DNA of 64,000 nucleotides from a virus: positions 1 through 64,000 of IMG/VR virus record IMGVR_UViG_3300009502_000026; one strand, written 5' to 3'. The notes under the pieces were generated by a model. The model made no database searches and had not been told where the DNA came from. It saw only the letters and a program-made list of their open reading frames with translations. The position numbers and the translations under genes are program-made. This document shows, piece by piece, positions 51,167 to 60,850 of this stretch; the stretch's first letter is position 1, and each line of letters starts with the position of its first letter.

Positions 51167-51544
51167 CTACCCCTTCTTTTCCTGCGTAATCATTGGCTCA
51201 TAAGTGGAAGTGTCTTTCCCCTTCTCAGCCGCAAGTTTCTTGGCTTCCTGCCAAGTACCTACTTGCTCCCCACCTACATTCGGGACTAGCTTGGCTACAG
51301 GGGCTTCCTTCTTACGTTCGGCTTGCTTGGCATCCAGACGGGCATTCTTCTCCCGCATCTGTCCACCAATTCGATTCACTTTCCCAGGCCAGTCATCCCC
51401 CTTGAGGATAAAACTAGCCACTGAAATCTGTCTATTTGCGGTAGCCCCACACTTCTCACAAGTCTGGGGGGTGTCATCATGGATGGAAAGTCTCCGTTCG
51501 AACTCATCGTGACACTTGGAGCACTTGAAATCATAGGTAGGCAC
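51167..51544 (-). CDS. FmdB-family zinc-ribbon protein
   Basis: MPTYDFKCSKC...CEKCG..RQIS..FILKG.DW. Confidence 0.85.
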   Translation of the reverse strand: MPTYDFKCSKCHDEFERRLSIHDDTPQTCEKCGATANRQISVASFILKGDDWPGKVNRIGGQMREKNARLDAKQAERKKEAPVAKLVPNVGGEQVGTWQEAKKLAAEKGKDTSTYEPMITQEKKG

Positions 51545-51558
51545 TTGGACTTCTCCTG

Positions 51559-52902
51559 TCAGTCCACATTACCCCCGAAAGCTACCTCTTTGAGAACTCT
51601 TAGGGTTGCCAAAACATGCTTGCAAACCTTGTGATTCCCACCAGGGTCCCGAACAGAGGGGTCTGAAGCAGTCCCCCTGGGCTTCCCATACAGGTAGCCA
51701 CCCACCATTGCCCAATGTTCCGGTCCTTGGAACTGCCAGTAGTCACAGGAACAATCCACCTGTATGTGAAGCTTGCTAAGTGACTTGATGTTACCTTTTC
51801 TCAATGCACGAAGCCGAACTCTGTAGGGTTGACCCTTGCTTCCGGGTACTGCGAAATGCCAGATGCCGTTCTTGGCATCGAACCTCTTGAGCTTGGGTGT
51901 GATCCTTCGGGACTTCTCCACTACTTCTATGGGAAGGTCACTTTCAAGGTCTGCCATCTTAGCTGCAACCCTTGACCCAAACGAAGCCTCCAGGGCGGAT
52001 TCCGTCAAGATAGACAACACCACCATAGCCTGATGGTCGGAAGCCTTCTTATTTTCGTAGTCAAAACCTTCCGGGATCACCTTTGCAGACCCAGGAGCAC
52101 CCCTAGTCTCCTCACCCCGATCCAAGGTATGCCCTGGCATCTTGGCATCATCTTCAGGGTAAGTGTAAGGCTCCCCATAGGTAGGGGTGGGAAGGTCTAG
52201 GGTATCCCCTGGACGGTCATCCTGGGGTTTCCTCAGAGGGGGGTCAGTTTCCCGGTAGAAGTCAGCTAGGACCCTGTGGACAGAGGCTTCATGGGTCTCT
52301 CGCCACTCCTTGGCTCGATCCGCAGGGTTCCTCACACCACCCCCAGGAACCCGTTGGAACTTACCCTCAGTCTTCGGGTTTTTCCGGTCTTCTTGATCAA
52401 CTGAATACCATTGTTCCCGGTTGATGAAGTCATACCGGACTTTATTTCGTTCTTTGATTTCAGACTTGTTCTTCTCGTAATAACGATGGGAGTAGAGCTT
52501 GGCTTTGTCTCCCTGTGCCTTCTGCTTGGGTATAGGGAATCGTTGCTGCTCTCCAGCTAAAGCTTCGGCTTCCACTCTCCGTGGAGTGATGTTATTCTTG
52601 TAGGGGTGACCGTATTCCTCCCCAGGCTTACCTAAAGTCCTGATAGGTACCTTCTCCCCCTCACTGGGGTTGGAAGGTCCAGGACCATTGTAGTTAGCCT
52701 CTGGAAGTACGTTGTCTCTACCCTTACCATGTTCCTTCGGGAGGGGGAGTACATCCCTTTCCGCAGAGCCAGGGGTATAGGAATCGCCTGGAAGAGTACT
52801 CTTACCACCTTCTTCAATGCCTTTGTCACTCCTCTCATCTACATAGGTCTTTGTGGACCACTCATTCACGGGAGGACGGACGGCTGTTCTAGGTGTAGTC
52901 AC
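51559..52902 (-). CDS. Protein with C-terminal SWIM-type zinc finger and low-complexity N-half
   Basis: VDCSCDYW...VCKHVLA. Confidence 0.65.
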   Translation of the reverse strand: MTTPRTAVRPPVNEWSTKTYVDERSDKGIEEGGKSTLPGDSYTPGSAERDVLPLPKEHGKGRDNVLPEANYNGPGPSNPSEGEKVPIRTLGKPGEEYGHPYKNNITPRRVEAEALAGEQQRFPIPKQKAQGDKAKLYSHRYYEKNKSEIKERNKVRYDFINREQWYSVDQEDRKNPKTEGKFQRVPGGGVRNPADRAKEWRETHEASVHRVLADFYRETDPPLRKPQDDRPGDTLDLPTPTYGEPYTYPEDDAKMPGHTLDRGEETRGAPGSAKVIPEGFDYENKKASDHQAMVVLSILTESALEASFGSRVAAKMADLESDLPIEVVEKSRRITPKLKRFDAKNGIWHFAVPGSKGQPYRVRLRALRKGNIKSLSKLHIQVDCSCDYWQFQGPEHWAMVGGYLYGKPRGTASDPSVRDPGGNHKVCKHVLATLRVLKEVAFGGNVD

Positions 52903-52921
52903 GGTACTACTTCCCGTACCT

Positions 52922-52957
52922 ATTGACTAGGAACCGGGCAACCGATAGAATCACTAT
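52922..52957. promoter_or_regulatory. Divergent pair of putative late promoters
   Basis: Minus strand CGGTTCCTAGTCAAT (52922-52936) and plus strand CGATAGAATCACTAT (52943-52957). Confidence 0.55.
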
Positions 52958-52974
52958 CCCCAACGGGAGTTAGT

Positions 52975-53535
52975 ATGACCAACCTCCTGAATGTCCTTGA
53001 CCGAGATTTGGTGATCCTTCACAAGGGAGACACTATCCCTGTAAAGATCAGTGATGCCTTAGCTGCTTCCGGTTGGGCCGGTGGACAGTTCTGCCGTTGG
53101 ATTGATGACGGTTCAGGAGACCTTACTGTAGCACTTGCTGATGGTAGGTACTGCGGATTCATGCCATTTGGTAGCAGCGAATCCGGGGACCAGTACACCG
53201 CAATGACCAATCAGAACCCAACGTATAAGTACGTTGTGATGTTCTTTGGTGGCAACGTAGTCTACACCAAGACCTATGAGACTTACGGGTACTTGGCCCG
53301 TCATGGTCTGGGCCCCCTTACACCCATTGTCTACATCCCAAACCAATCTCTCTACATTTCAGAGAATGGTAAAATCACAAATGAGGATGAGTCAGATTTT
53401 GCAATCTTCCCTCCCCACACCTTCCCAGATGGTTCACCAATTCTAGTTAGATTTGTATTCTTCGGTGTATGTGCAGTTCCCCCGCAAACATCCACCAAGT
53501 TCTATCTGGCTACCCAGACCAACTTCGGGGTCTAG
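52975..53535 (+). CDS. Putative capsid decoration-like protein
   Basis: 186 aa; Y.PNQSLYISENGKIT and GVCAVPP pattern resemble beta-tulip decoration proteins; SD GGGAG. Confidence 0.45.
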   Translation: MTNLLNVLDRDLVILHKGDTIPVKISDALAASGWAGGQFCRWIDDGSGDLTVALADGRYCGFMPFGSSESGDQYTAMTNQNPTYKYVVMFFGGNVVYTKTYETYGYLARHGLGPLTPIVYIPNQSLYISENGKITNEDESDFAIFPPHTFPDGSPILVRFVFFGVCAVPPQTSTKFYLATQTNFGV

Positions 53536-54209
53536 GGGTTCTTCGGAGTCTTAGCTGGGGGTTCAGCAATGAACCTATTGAGAAGCGATAGCTCCATGGC
53601 ATGGGGTTGCTTCAGGATATCATCTACATCCGGGGGTGCCTTGCGTGCCTGAGCCCTTGCCTTAGCAACGGACACATCTGCATTGTCCATCTCTTTGACA
53701 GCCTTCCCAGCTATGTCTGAAGTGTTGGACAAAGCCTTTGTCTTGGCTAATTCCTCGACTTCCCGCTTCTCAGGGTTGTCAAAGAACATATTTTCAGCAG
53801 AAGGGGCACCGGAATTATCCGAGACCCCATGCTTTGCCATGTACTGACTGACAACTGACGTTGCAGAGGGCATCTTCCTTGAAGACCGGAAATGAGATCC
53901 TTGCACAGCATTATCCACTTTCTCACGGTCTGATATTGTCAAAAGGCCCTTCAAGAAATCCTGCCCCATGACTGCCAGAGCATAAGAAGTACGATCCAAA
54001 GATCGTTCCAACTCTTCCAACTGCTTTGGAGTAGCCTCAAGGATATCCCCAGCAACCTGATAGAAATGGTCCTTGTGCTCGGACCTATCTACCAAAGTCA
54101 TAGCTCTATTCAGAAGATGACTGAGACGATGGGCTCTTACCCTGGCATCCGTGACACCTTCAGTCAGGATTGCCCAGGCAGCTTGACTAGATGCAGTACG
54201 TTGGGTCAC
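53532..54209 (-). CDS. Hypothetical helical protein
   Basis: Likely GTG start (MTQRTASSQAAW) after SD GGGAG. Confidence 0.6.
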   Translation of the reverse strand: MTQRTASSQAAWAILTEGVTDARVRAHRLSHLLNRAMTLVDRSEHKDHFYQVAGDILEATPKQLEELERSLDRTSYALAVMGQDFLKGLLTISDREKVDNAVQGSHFRSSRKMPSATSVVSQYMAKHGVSDNSGAPSAENMFFDNPEKREVEELAKTKALSNTSDIAGKAVKEMDNADVSVAKARAQARKAPPDVDDILKQPHAMELSLLNRFIAEPPAKTPKNP

Positions 54210-54244
54210 AGGTATCTCCCTAACAGGGAGATAGCATAGCAAGA

Positions 54245-55378
54245 TTACTCACTAGAAATGAGTCTGCCCTGCTTCTTGGCAACACCCATCTCAATGTTCT
54301 TCCAGACCATCAGGGGTTCCACAGCCTTGATCCTTGCCAGGATGCCGGGGTTGTCCGAGTACATGTCAATTGCTTCCTTGACCCGGGTCTTCCAGTGCCG
54401 AACCTTCATCTCCCAGATGAAGTCACTCTCCTCCTGGACCACAGGGGGATTGTCTCCAGAGGAAGCAACAATCACCCTAGTAACCTCCGGGGGTCGGGCT
54501 GCATTGGGGAGAAGCCCTTCCAAGGTATCTGAAGCCCTGGGGGATACTACATCACCAGTAGCAGACTCGTAACTGAGGTCTGCACGGGTAGTAACCGGGG
54601 GCTTCGGTTTGGCTTCCAGCCCAATTGCCTTGGGGGGTGGAGAGTTATCGAGCCTGGAAGTCTCCCTCATAGCAGAAGAGGAATCACTCACCACTGTAGC
54701 CTGCTTTGCAGGAGTGCGAATCTTCCCTACCGTCCTACCAACGGAATCAGGAAGTTCCACCGGGAGAGGCTCAGACATGGAAACCGTTACTGTGGGCTCA
54801 TGGAACTGAGGGGTTGCAGAAACCTTGACCTCATCAGCCTTGGGAACTGAAGCTACCTTCTCCCTGTATGCCTGTGCCGGGGTTACCGGCTTGACTGAAA
54901 CAGGGGGAGGGGTGACATTCACCTGAGCTTGTGCCTCAAACTGTGCTCCCTCTGCCTTTTCCCGTGCAGCCTTGGTAGCAAAACCCACATACCGATCTTC
55001 CTCAACGATCACCTTGGAGGGGGAAACCGGGGGTGCCTCCTTCTTGACAGAACCCACCACCCGTTCATCATCCGTCACAGTATCCACCGACATGGAATTT
55101 GGCTTCTTGGCAGGGTCCTGACCCTGTGCTGGACGGACCTTCACCCCAGCCGCAACGGGGAGAAGCTCTGTCATCTCCTCACCTACTGGAATGAACCACC
55201 CTGCCTTCAATGCAGCATTGAACTCAGGGTAGGCAATCTCCTGACCCTGAAACTTCAGGGTCACACCATCGAACTGCACAACCTCATTCTGGTTCAAGTC
55301 CTTCTGAACCTTGCCCAGATGAATCTTGGTTCTAGCCTTGTAGGCCACGAAAGTTCCTGTCATGAACTCACTCATCAT
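54245..55378 (-). CDS. Hypothetical protein with Pro/Val-rich linker
   Basis: 377-aa ORF; SD AGGTGAG. Confidence 0.65.
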   Translation of the reverse strand: MMSEFMTGTFVAYKARTKIHLGKVQKDLNQNEVVQFDGVTLKFQGQEIAYPEFNAALKAGWFIPVGEEMTELLPVAAGVKVRPAQGQDPAKKPNSMSVDTVTDDERVVGSVKKEAPPVSPSKVIVEEDRYVGFATKAAREKAEGAQFEAQAQVNVTPPPVSVKPVTPAQAYREKVASVPKADEVKVSATPQFHEPTVTVSMSEPLPVELPDSVGRTVGKIRTPAKQATVVSDSSSAMRETSRLDNSPPPKAIGLEAKPKPPVTTRADLSYESATGDVVSPRASDTLEGLLPNAARPPEVTRVIVASSGDNPPVVQEESDFIWEMKVRHWKTRVKEAIDMYSDNPGILARIKAVEPLMVWKNIEMGVAKKQGRLISSE

Positions 55379-55386
55379 CTCACCTA

Positions 55387-55671
55387 TCAGTTTTGGGGGA
55401 GCTTCCCCTCAGTATGTCTCTTCAACAATACCAAGGGTTGAACTGCTTCAGCTAGTCTTTGTTGTAAGGCTACCAGAAAATTAGCACTTACCCTTACCCT
55501 AGCTACCACTTCAGCCGATGAGTCTACAGGTGAGTACAATAGAAAGTCAAGAAGTGTTTCTTGATCACTCTCTGTGATGACCCTAATGGCATTGGTATAC
55601 ACCCCTCTTGGATTGACTCCAACAGCAAGGGTAATCCTATCCGGGTCAAGTTCTACTTTGGTATCACCCAC
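55387..55671 (-). CDS. DUF3467-like small protein
   Basis: GVYTN.....ETLLDF.....VVARV..S...L..L pattern. Confidence 0.6.
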   Translation of the reverse strand: MGDTKVELDPDRITLAVGVNPRGVYTNAIRVITESDQETLLDFLLYSPVDSSAEVVARVRVSANFLVALQQRLAEAVQPLVLLKRHTEGKLPQN

Positions 55672-55731
55672 AAGGCTCTCCGGTAGCTTTACTGTACCGA
55701 AGCAATCCTAGTGTTCTCGGCTGGAATGAAA

Positions 55732-57474
55732 CTAGACGTAGATACCAGTCAGATTCTCTGCCATGTTCTTACCCGAAAGGGTGATCTGGAGTCCTACCCC
55801 AGTCAGCTTGACCAGACCCTCACCTAGAAGCTTCACAATGATAGGGTTCTTGGGGTCATACTTCCCAAGCCCCTCACGTCCAAAAGCCTCTCCTCGGGAA
55901 CCCGCCTTGTAGGACTTGATGATCTTCAGTGCCTTCTTCTCATCCTCCGAGAGCTCAACCTGTGTCTCAGACGGGAGAAGCTTCTGAAGGTTGTCAGGAT
56001 TTACATAAACAGAGGCATAGGGTGTTCCCCCAATGAAACCCTTCACAACAGCACCATTCATCGGAATGGGGTAGTTCTTGTCATCCAAGTCTACCTGATT
56101 CTTGGGGTTGAACATGTTTGCCCCTCCCCAGGAACCCCATTCAAGCTTGTAGCGTCCCGTCCCTAGGTCAACTACAGCCGTGAAACCTCTACGGCCCTCA
56201 CCACCGGGATCTACTGGAGAGTAGGTATTTGAAGGGATCACTCTGATGTCCCTACGCCCGTAATCCACTTCTTTCAGAACATTCCTGATACCTTGGGGCA
56301 AGTCCTTTGTCAACATGTACTGACCCGAAGCTTCCTTGATAAGAGGAAGAAGGTCCCCACGGAACTCAGGATGGGAGTGGGCGAGCTTGATGATCTGGGA
56401 CCGGAGGCTAGCTCTCTTCTGCCCCTGGAAAGGAACATCCATATCAGACATAGCAGCATTGTAAGCTCTCCATACCTGATACATCTTCCGCATGGGGAAA
56501 CGGTACTGATCAGCTTCCTCATCGGTCTTGGCACTCATCTGCTTTTTGACAAGATCACTCTTAATATCATCAACAGCATGGAATTCCTTCTGAACCTTGT
56601 CCTTCTCCCCACTCTTCATCCTCTTCACAAGGTCTTTCTGAAGAGCTTTTACTGCCGGATGGCGATATGCCTTGTCCTTGTCCAAGTCTGCATCTGGCAT
56701 CTTTTCCATAGCATCCTGAAGATGCTTGGGCATTGCCTTGACCTCTGGGGGAACCTTCAACCCAGGAGGGGCCTTTTGAGGATAGTAACCGTTCTTCCTC
56801 TCATTCTTGTAAGTATCAGACTTGTGGTGCTCATCGTGATTGAAAGCTACTGAATGATTTTCTGGCTTGGCCTTGGGATGAGCCTTGAGGTACTCATCCA
56901 TAGCTTCCTGGGTCTTGAACTCCATAGCTGTCTTCAAGATAGGGAGAAGGTCTCCTCGGAACTCAGGGTGAGCATGGGCGAGCTTGATGACCTTAGACCG
57001 GAGAGATTGTGTGTTCACGTCTGCATTCCTCTGCTTGAGAAGGTAGATGTTCGTCTCATGTGCATTGGCTAGTGCCATGATGAAGTCATCCAAACCGAGA
57101 GTCATCTCCCCAGAACCCTTGATGGCTTCATAGAGTTCCTTCAGAATCACCTGAAGTTTCTCTTCCAACATCAAGGCCCTGAAAGGGATGTCACCTGACT
57201 TCCCATAGTATTTCCTGAGTGCCCGCATTGTGAGGGCTTCAATCCCAAGGGGCTCCACGGCTCCTGGACCAAAGTATGAGACGATCTTCTCAGCTAGACC
57301 ATCAACCTCATCTGACACACTCACATAGAGACGGTTGAAAAGATCATGGTCAGAGTAAGAGATAGCCCCATTGGTCTGCCAATGTGAGGTCCAGTGGGAC
57401 CAATGCAAAGCCTTCAGAAAGGCTAGGGCCTGTACCAGGAGACTCTTGGTGCTGTCGGAGGAAGGGGTTCCCAT
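55732..57474 (-). CDS. Putative polyprotein: ferritin/Dps-like domain plus two internal leader-tagged domains
   Basis: HWSHWTSHWQT..YSDH.LF.RLY..EVDGLAE..DDF..HE..YLL (Dps-like); internal leader copies at 56926-57003 and 56329-56406. Confidence 0.75.
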   Translation of the reverse strand: MGTPSSDSTKSLLVQALAFLKALHWSHWTSHWQTNGAISYSDHDLFNRLYVSVSDEVDGLAEKIVSYFGPGAVEPLGIEALTMRALRKYYGKSGDIPFRALMLEEKLQVILKELYEAIKGSGEMTLGLDDFIMALANAHETNIYLLKQRNADVNTQSLRSKVIKLAHAHPEFRGDLLPILKTAMEFKTQEAMDEYLKAHPKAKPENHSVAFNHDEHHKSDTYKNERKNGYYPQKAPPGLKVPPEVKAMPKHLQDAMEKMPDADLDKDKAYRHPAVKALQKDLVKRMKSGEKDKVQKEFHAVDDIKSDLVKKQMSAKTDEEADQYRFPMRKMYQVWRAYNAAMSDMDVPFQGQKRASLRSQIIKLAHSHPEFRGDLLPLIKEASGQYMLTKDLPQGIRNVLKEVDYGRRDIRVIPSNTYSPVDPGGEGRRGFTAVVDLGTGRYKLEWGSWGGANMFNPKNQVDLDDKNYPIPMNGAVVKGFIGGTPYASVYVNPDNLQKLLPSETQVELSEDEKKALKIIKSYKAGSRGEAFGREGLGKYDPKNPIIVKLLGEGLVKLTGVGLQITLSGKNMAENLTGIYV

Positions 57475-57507
57475 ACTGCCACCTATTGATAGAGGAATGA
57501 GTGAGGT

Positions 57508-59682
57508 CTAACTGTCAGCACTTATGCTTAGAGCCAACCTTCGGAGGAGAGAAGCTAGGATATGCTTCTCATTCAATCTGGCAAAGAGACGGTCCATGAT
57601 CGGCATGATTTTCTCTTCGAAGGTCTTCTCCTCAATGTACATATCATTATCGTAGGTCATCCAGTTCAACCATGGATTGCTGATCCCAGACTTGCAGAGG
57701 CGATGGTAAACATACTGTTCACAGACCCGTGCCCATACCTCAACGGAAGAAAAGGCATAGCTCAACTTCCGACTATCCCCACCATTCATCTTGGTGTAGT
57801 ACTTATCCGCTGCCTCCACTAGCACTGGAGAAAGTTCTGTCTTGTACTTTGCTTCTGTAACAGTTTTGTAGTAGTATGGATGATCTTTGGGAAGATCATA
57901 CATGCTCTGTCCTGTAAGTTCCTTGATGGCACCTTCCAGAGAGAAATCGTAAACCCCTGGAACCCTATTCTTCCATCGGGTGTAGTCTGGGGTAACCAGA
58001 ATAGTTTCTATCAGTTCAGGTATCTCAGGGAAATTGCCTGCTATACGGCCAAAATAGGCATTGGGGGTTTTGAACCATGTTGCAGCATAGTCCAGGGTCA
58101 CTCCAGTCCTACCAAAGATATTCCCGTCTGGGGATCTCCTAGCTTCCTCGGGGTTATCCTGAAGGTTTATCCGGTAGGCTAGAAGCTCATCCAAGTAGTG
58201 ACTGAGTTCATGTGCCAGGACACCCTCATAGTCCTCCCCAAATGTCACCCTTGGTTGCCATACGTTTCGATCCTCCCAAGCAAAGTAGCTAGCCTTTGCC
58301 ATGAAACCACTAGATCCCCCGAACCTGAAAGCTAGACCCTTCTTGTGCTTACCGCAGAAACCCTTCCCAAACACCCTCTCCAGGTCTGAGATAGCTCTGG
58401 ACACCCTGCCAAGGGTCTCTCTTTTCGATTCTTCAGTGTAGCTCCCCAGGAACTCCACATCACCTGTGTCATGTGTAGTCTGGAATTCCTCTACAGACAT
58501 TGGCTTCCAAGTCAGAGGTTCCAAAGGGATACCATCTCTGATAGCCTTGTTCTTCCCCAACTCATCCATGGACTCCTTGATGTTGTCAAGGAAATACCCG
58601 TTAGGGAGAATCTTCCTGTCTACAGCTTCCTGGATGACCCTCTGGAACGAGGGGAGAGTTTTCACCTGATTGAGAACCGTGAGTACCTTCCGCTGCTCAC
58701 GAGGGATGTTCTTCTTGCCCTCACTGACCATCTTGACATAGTACTTCCGTAGATTGCTGAGTACAAAGTCAGTGGGACCGTCAACTTCCACCTTGGCTTC
58801 TCTCTTCAGGATATCCTCAATAGGTTCCTGTACCTGTCCACCCTTGATGATATTGACATGAACTCCAGCCCTACGTTGGGCCTTCAGGAGTATAGCTTGT
58901 GACTTCAGCCAGTAGTCACGCTTTTGCTCCAAAGGGATTGTATCATCGTTTGCAGCATCCTTCCAAGCCTTGTCACTACGGATAACCTCACCACGAATCT
59001 CGGTTTTCTCCTCTTCGGGCATATCAAACCATGCCCCAGGATTCTCTTCCTCATGGGGGGTGAGTCCCAGACTCCTACCATCCCCTTTACCGAGAAGGAT
59101 TATCTTGCGGAGAAGTACCTTGACCCCCGTAGGGACTGCCTCCAGCCGAAGAACACTCTTGAAGAAACCAGGGTAGTCAATGTCATACTGAAGGCTTGGG
59201 TCACGCTCCTCATCATTGATGTCCATGCTGATTGCTTGTCGAACCACACGGAGCACCAATGGAGATACTTCTTGCCAATGCAATCCTCGGAGCCCCCGAA
59301 GGATCTTGGTTACATAGACAAGTGCCTGACGGTCCTGAGTAGGTAGGAGCTTGGCTACCCCACGTAGGGGAGTAGCAATGATCTTGACCCCTGGACCGTA
59401 CTCCCCAGCTTCACATTCATCTGCGAACTGAAGGCAAGCTACAACGAATTCCTTGTGGAAGAATCTCCGAACGGAAAGAAACTTCCGAACTTCACCCTCA
59501 GTGTAGAACGGGTTATTCAGGATGGCAGACTGAGCAATCTGGAGTGCAATACCTGCCGTGACTACTTCCAAGGCAGGAGTAGGCTGCTCTTTCTCAGTAG
59601 ATGCAAGCACAGGTAGAAGATGCACCCGTAGAGATGGGGTTTGCTGGGCAAGATGGATGAGACTTGACCGGAGGTTCATCAT
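57508..59682 (-). CDS. Leader-tagged protein with HExxH metallopeptidase and LPD1-like C-terminus
   Basis: MMNLRSSLIHLAQQTPSLRVHLLPVLA; LAHELSHYLD; SY..S.VEVWAR.CEQYV. Confidence 0.7.
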   Translation of the reverse strand: MMNLRSSLIHLAQQTPSLRVHLLPVLASTEKEQPTPALEVVTAGIALQIAQSAILNNPFYTEGEVRKFLSVRRFFHKEFVVACLQFADECEAGEYGPGVKIIATPLRGVAKLLPTQDRQALVYVTKILRGLRGLHWQEVSPLVLRVVRQAISMDINDEERDPSLQYDIDYPGFFKSVLRLEAVPTGVKVLLRKIILLGKGDGRSLGLTPHEEENPGAWFDMPEEEKTEIRGEVIRSDKAWKDAANDDTIPLEQKRDYWLKSQAILLKAQRRAGVHVNIIKGGQVQEPIEDILKREAKVEVDGPTDFVLSNLRKYYVKMVSEGKKNIPREQRKVLTVLNQVKTLPSFQRVIQEAVDRKILPNGYFLDNIKESMDELGKNKAIRDGIPLEPLTWKPMSVEEFQTTHDTGDVEFLGSYTEESKRETLGRVSRAISDLERVFGKGFCGKHKKGLAFRFGGSSGFMAKASYFAWEDRNVWQPRVTFGEDYEGVLAHELSHYLDELLAYRINLQDNPEEARRSPDGNIFGRTGVTLDYAATWFKTPNAYFGRIAGNFPEIPELIETILVTPDYTRWKNRVPGVYDFSLEGAIKELTGQSMYDLPKDHPYYYKTVTEAKYKTELSPVLVEAADKYYTKMNGGDSRKLSYAFSSVEVWARVCEQYVYHRLCKSGISNPWLNWMTYDNDMYIEEKTFEEKIMPIMDRLFARLNEKHILASLLRRLALSISADS

Positions 59683-59703
59683 CCTCCGGTGAACATAGGA
59701 AAG

Positions 59704-60492
59704 CTACTCAGTGGTCAGAGAAAACCCCACAGGAATATCAGTGATATCAGTGATAGCCCCACCATGCCAAACAAAGTGGAAAGGTCCGGCTCCATAGGTA
59801 TCTTCCCCAAGACACTTCTCGGTGATAGCCTTGGCATCACCCAAACCCATCCCAGAGACAGTTCGAACGAATTTGATGTAAGTGATCTTGTTGTGATGAA
59901 CACTACCATCAAGGGTCTGTGCAGGATTCAAGTGACACAAGAGTCCAGTATCACCACGCTTCCTCTTGGGAAGCGGTGCTGAAATCACAAGATCAGGGGC
60001 TACAGGTGAGAATGACTGTGCTAGAACAGGGGTGCCCACATTAAGGGTACCCGGTACACCCTCTGGTCCCGTCATTCCTTGAGAACCCTTGGGCCCTGGA
60101 GGTCCCGCCACACCTTGAGGACCCTTGGGTCCAGGAGGTCCAGGGGGTCCCTTGAAGTTCTTGGTATTGATCAGGATAGCCAGATTGTCGAGCTTGGTTT
60201 CCAGTGCCCTCTGTTGGGTCTGGACAGCCTCCACCACCCCAACCATCCGGTCCACGGTACGAAGGATCAGCAAGGTCTCATCATGCCGAGAACTCAATGC
60301 CTCGGTAACCAAAGCCTCCAGAGTCTCCAACTGAGCCTGAAGAGTTACCCAGTGAGGGTCTTCCTTGAGTGTGACATTCGTTTCAGATGTTACACTAGGA
60401 TTAGCAGCATTATCCTCAATATCCAGAAGTCTGAGAGCCACATCACCGGGTAGGTTAGAGTGTAGGATGGCAGGGATATCCTTTGGGTCCAC
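59704..60492 (-). CDS. Coiled-coil, short collagen and ribosomal L7/L12 CTD-like protein
   Basis: Heptads; about 12 GXY triplets; NKITYIKFVRTVSGMGLGDAKAITE resembles the bL12 CTD. Confidence 0.65.
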   Translation of the reverse strand: MDPKDIPAILHSNLPGDVALRLLDIEDNAANPSVTSETNVTLKEDPHWVTLQAQLETLEALVTEALSSRHDETLLILRTVDRMVGVVEAVQTQQRALETKLDNLAILINTKNFKGPPGPPGPKGPQGVAGPPGPKGSQGMTGPEGVPGTLNVGTPVLAQSFSPVAPDLVISAPLPKRKRGDTGLLCHLNPAQTLDGSVHHNKITYIKFVRTVSGMGLGDAKAITEKCLGEDTYGAGPFHFVWHGGAITDITDIPVGFSLTTE

Positions 60493-60496
60493 ACCT

Positions 60497-60525
60497 TACT
60501 TACGGCATGGACCTGGAATCTTAAC
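60497..60525 (-). promoter_or_regulatory. Putative early/middle promoter GTTAAGATT-N13-GTAAGTA
   Basis: Third copy of the motif; ends 4 nt before the GTG start at 60492. Confidence 0.7.
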
Positions 60526-60554
60526 CCAAAATCGTAGGGACTACAGGTAGGTGT

Positions 60555-60737
60555 TTAGTCTACACTAGCATCCACCACGTCAATGCTCGGGAGCACATCC
60601 ACCGGAACCGGGGGGGCATCCTGGGCATCCGTGGCATCCACCTGGGCATCCGTGGCATCCACGGTAGCATCGGTAGTGTCAGGAGTTTCGGAACAGCCGA
60701 GGGAGAGGACAACTAGGGTGAAGAGAAAGTACTTCAT
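60555..60737 (-). CDS. Small acidic lipoprotein
   Basis: MKY + hydrophobic core + lipobox LSLG-C; VDATDAQ repeats. Confidence 0.7.
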   Translation of the reverse strand: MKYFLFTLVVLSLGCSETPDTTDATVDATDAQVDATDAQDAPPVPVDVLPSIDVVDASVD

Positions 60738-60850
60738 GCCCCAAGGTGTAGAACAGGCAGACTATTGGTGCAACCCGAATCTGAGAGGGAGATACCGATT
60801 TCTCAGTGACCGTACATAGGATGTCTACTTTTGAAGACTCCACCCCTTCA

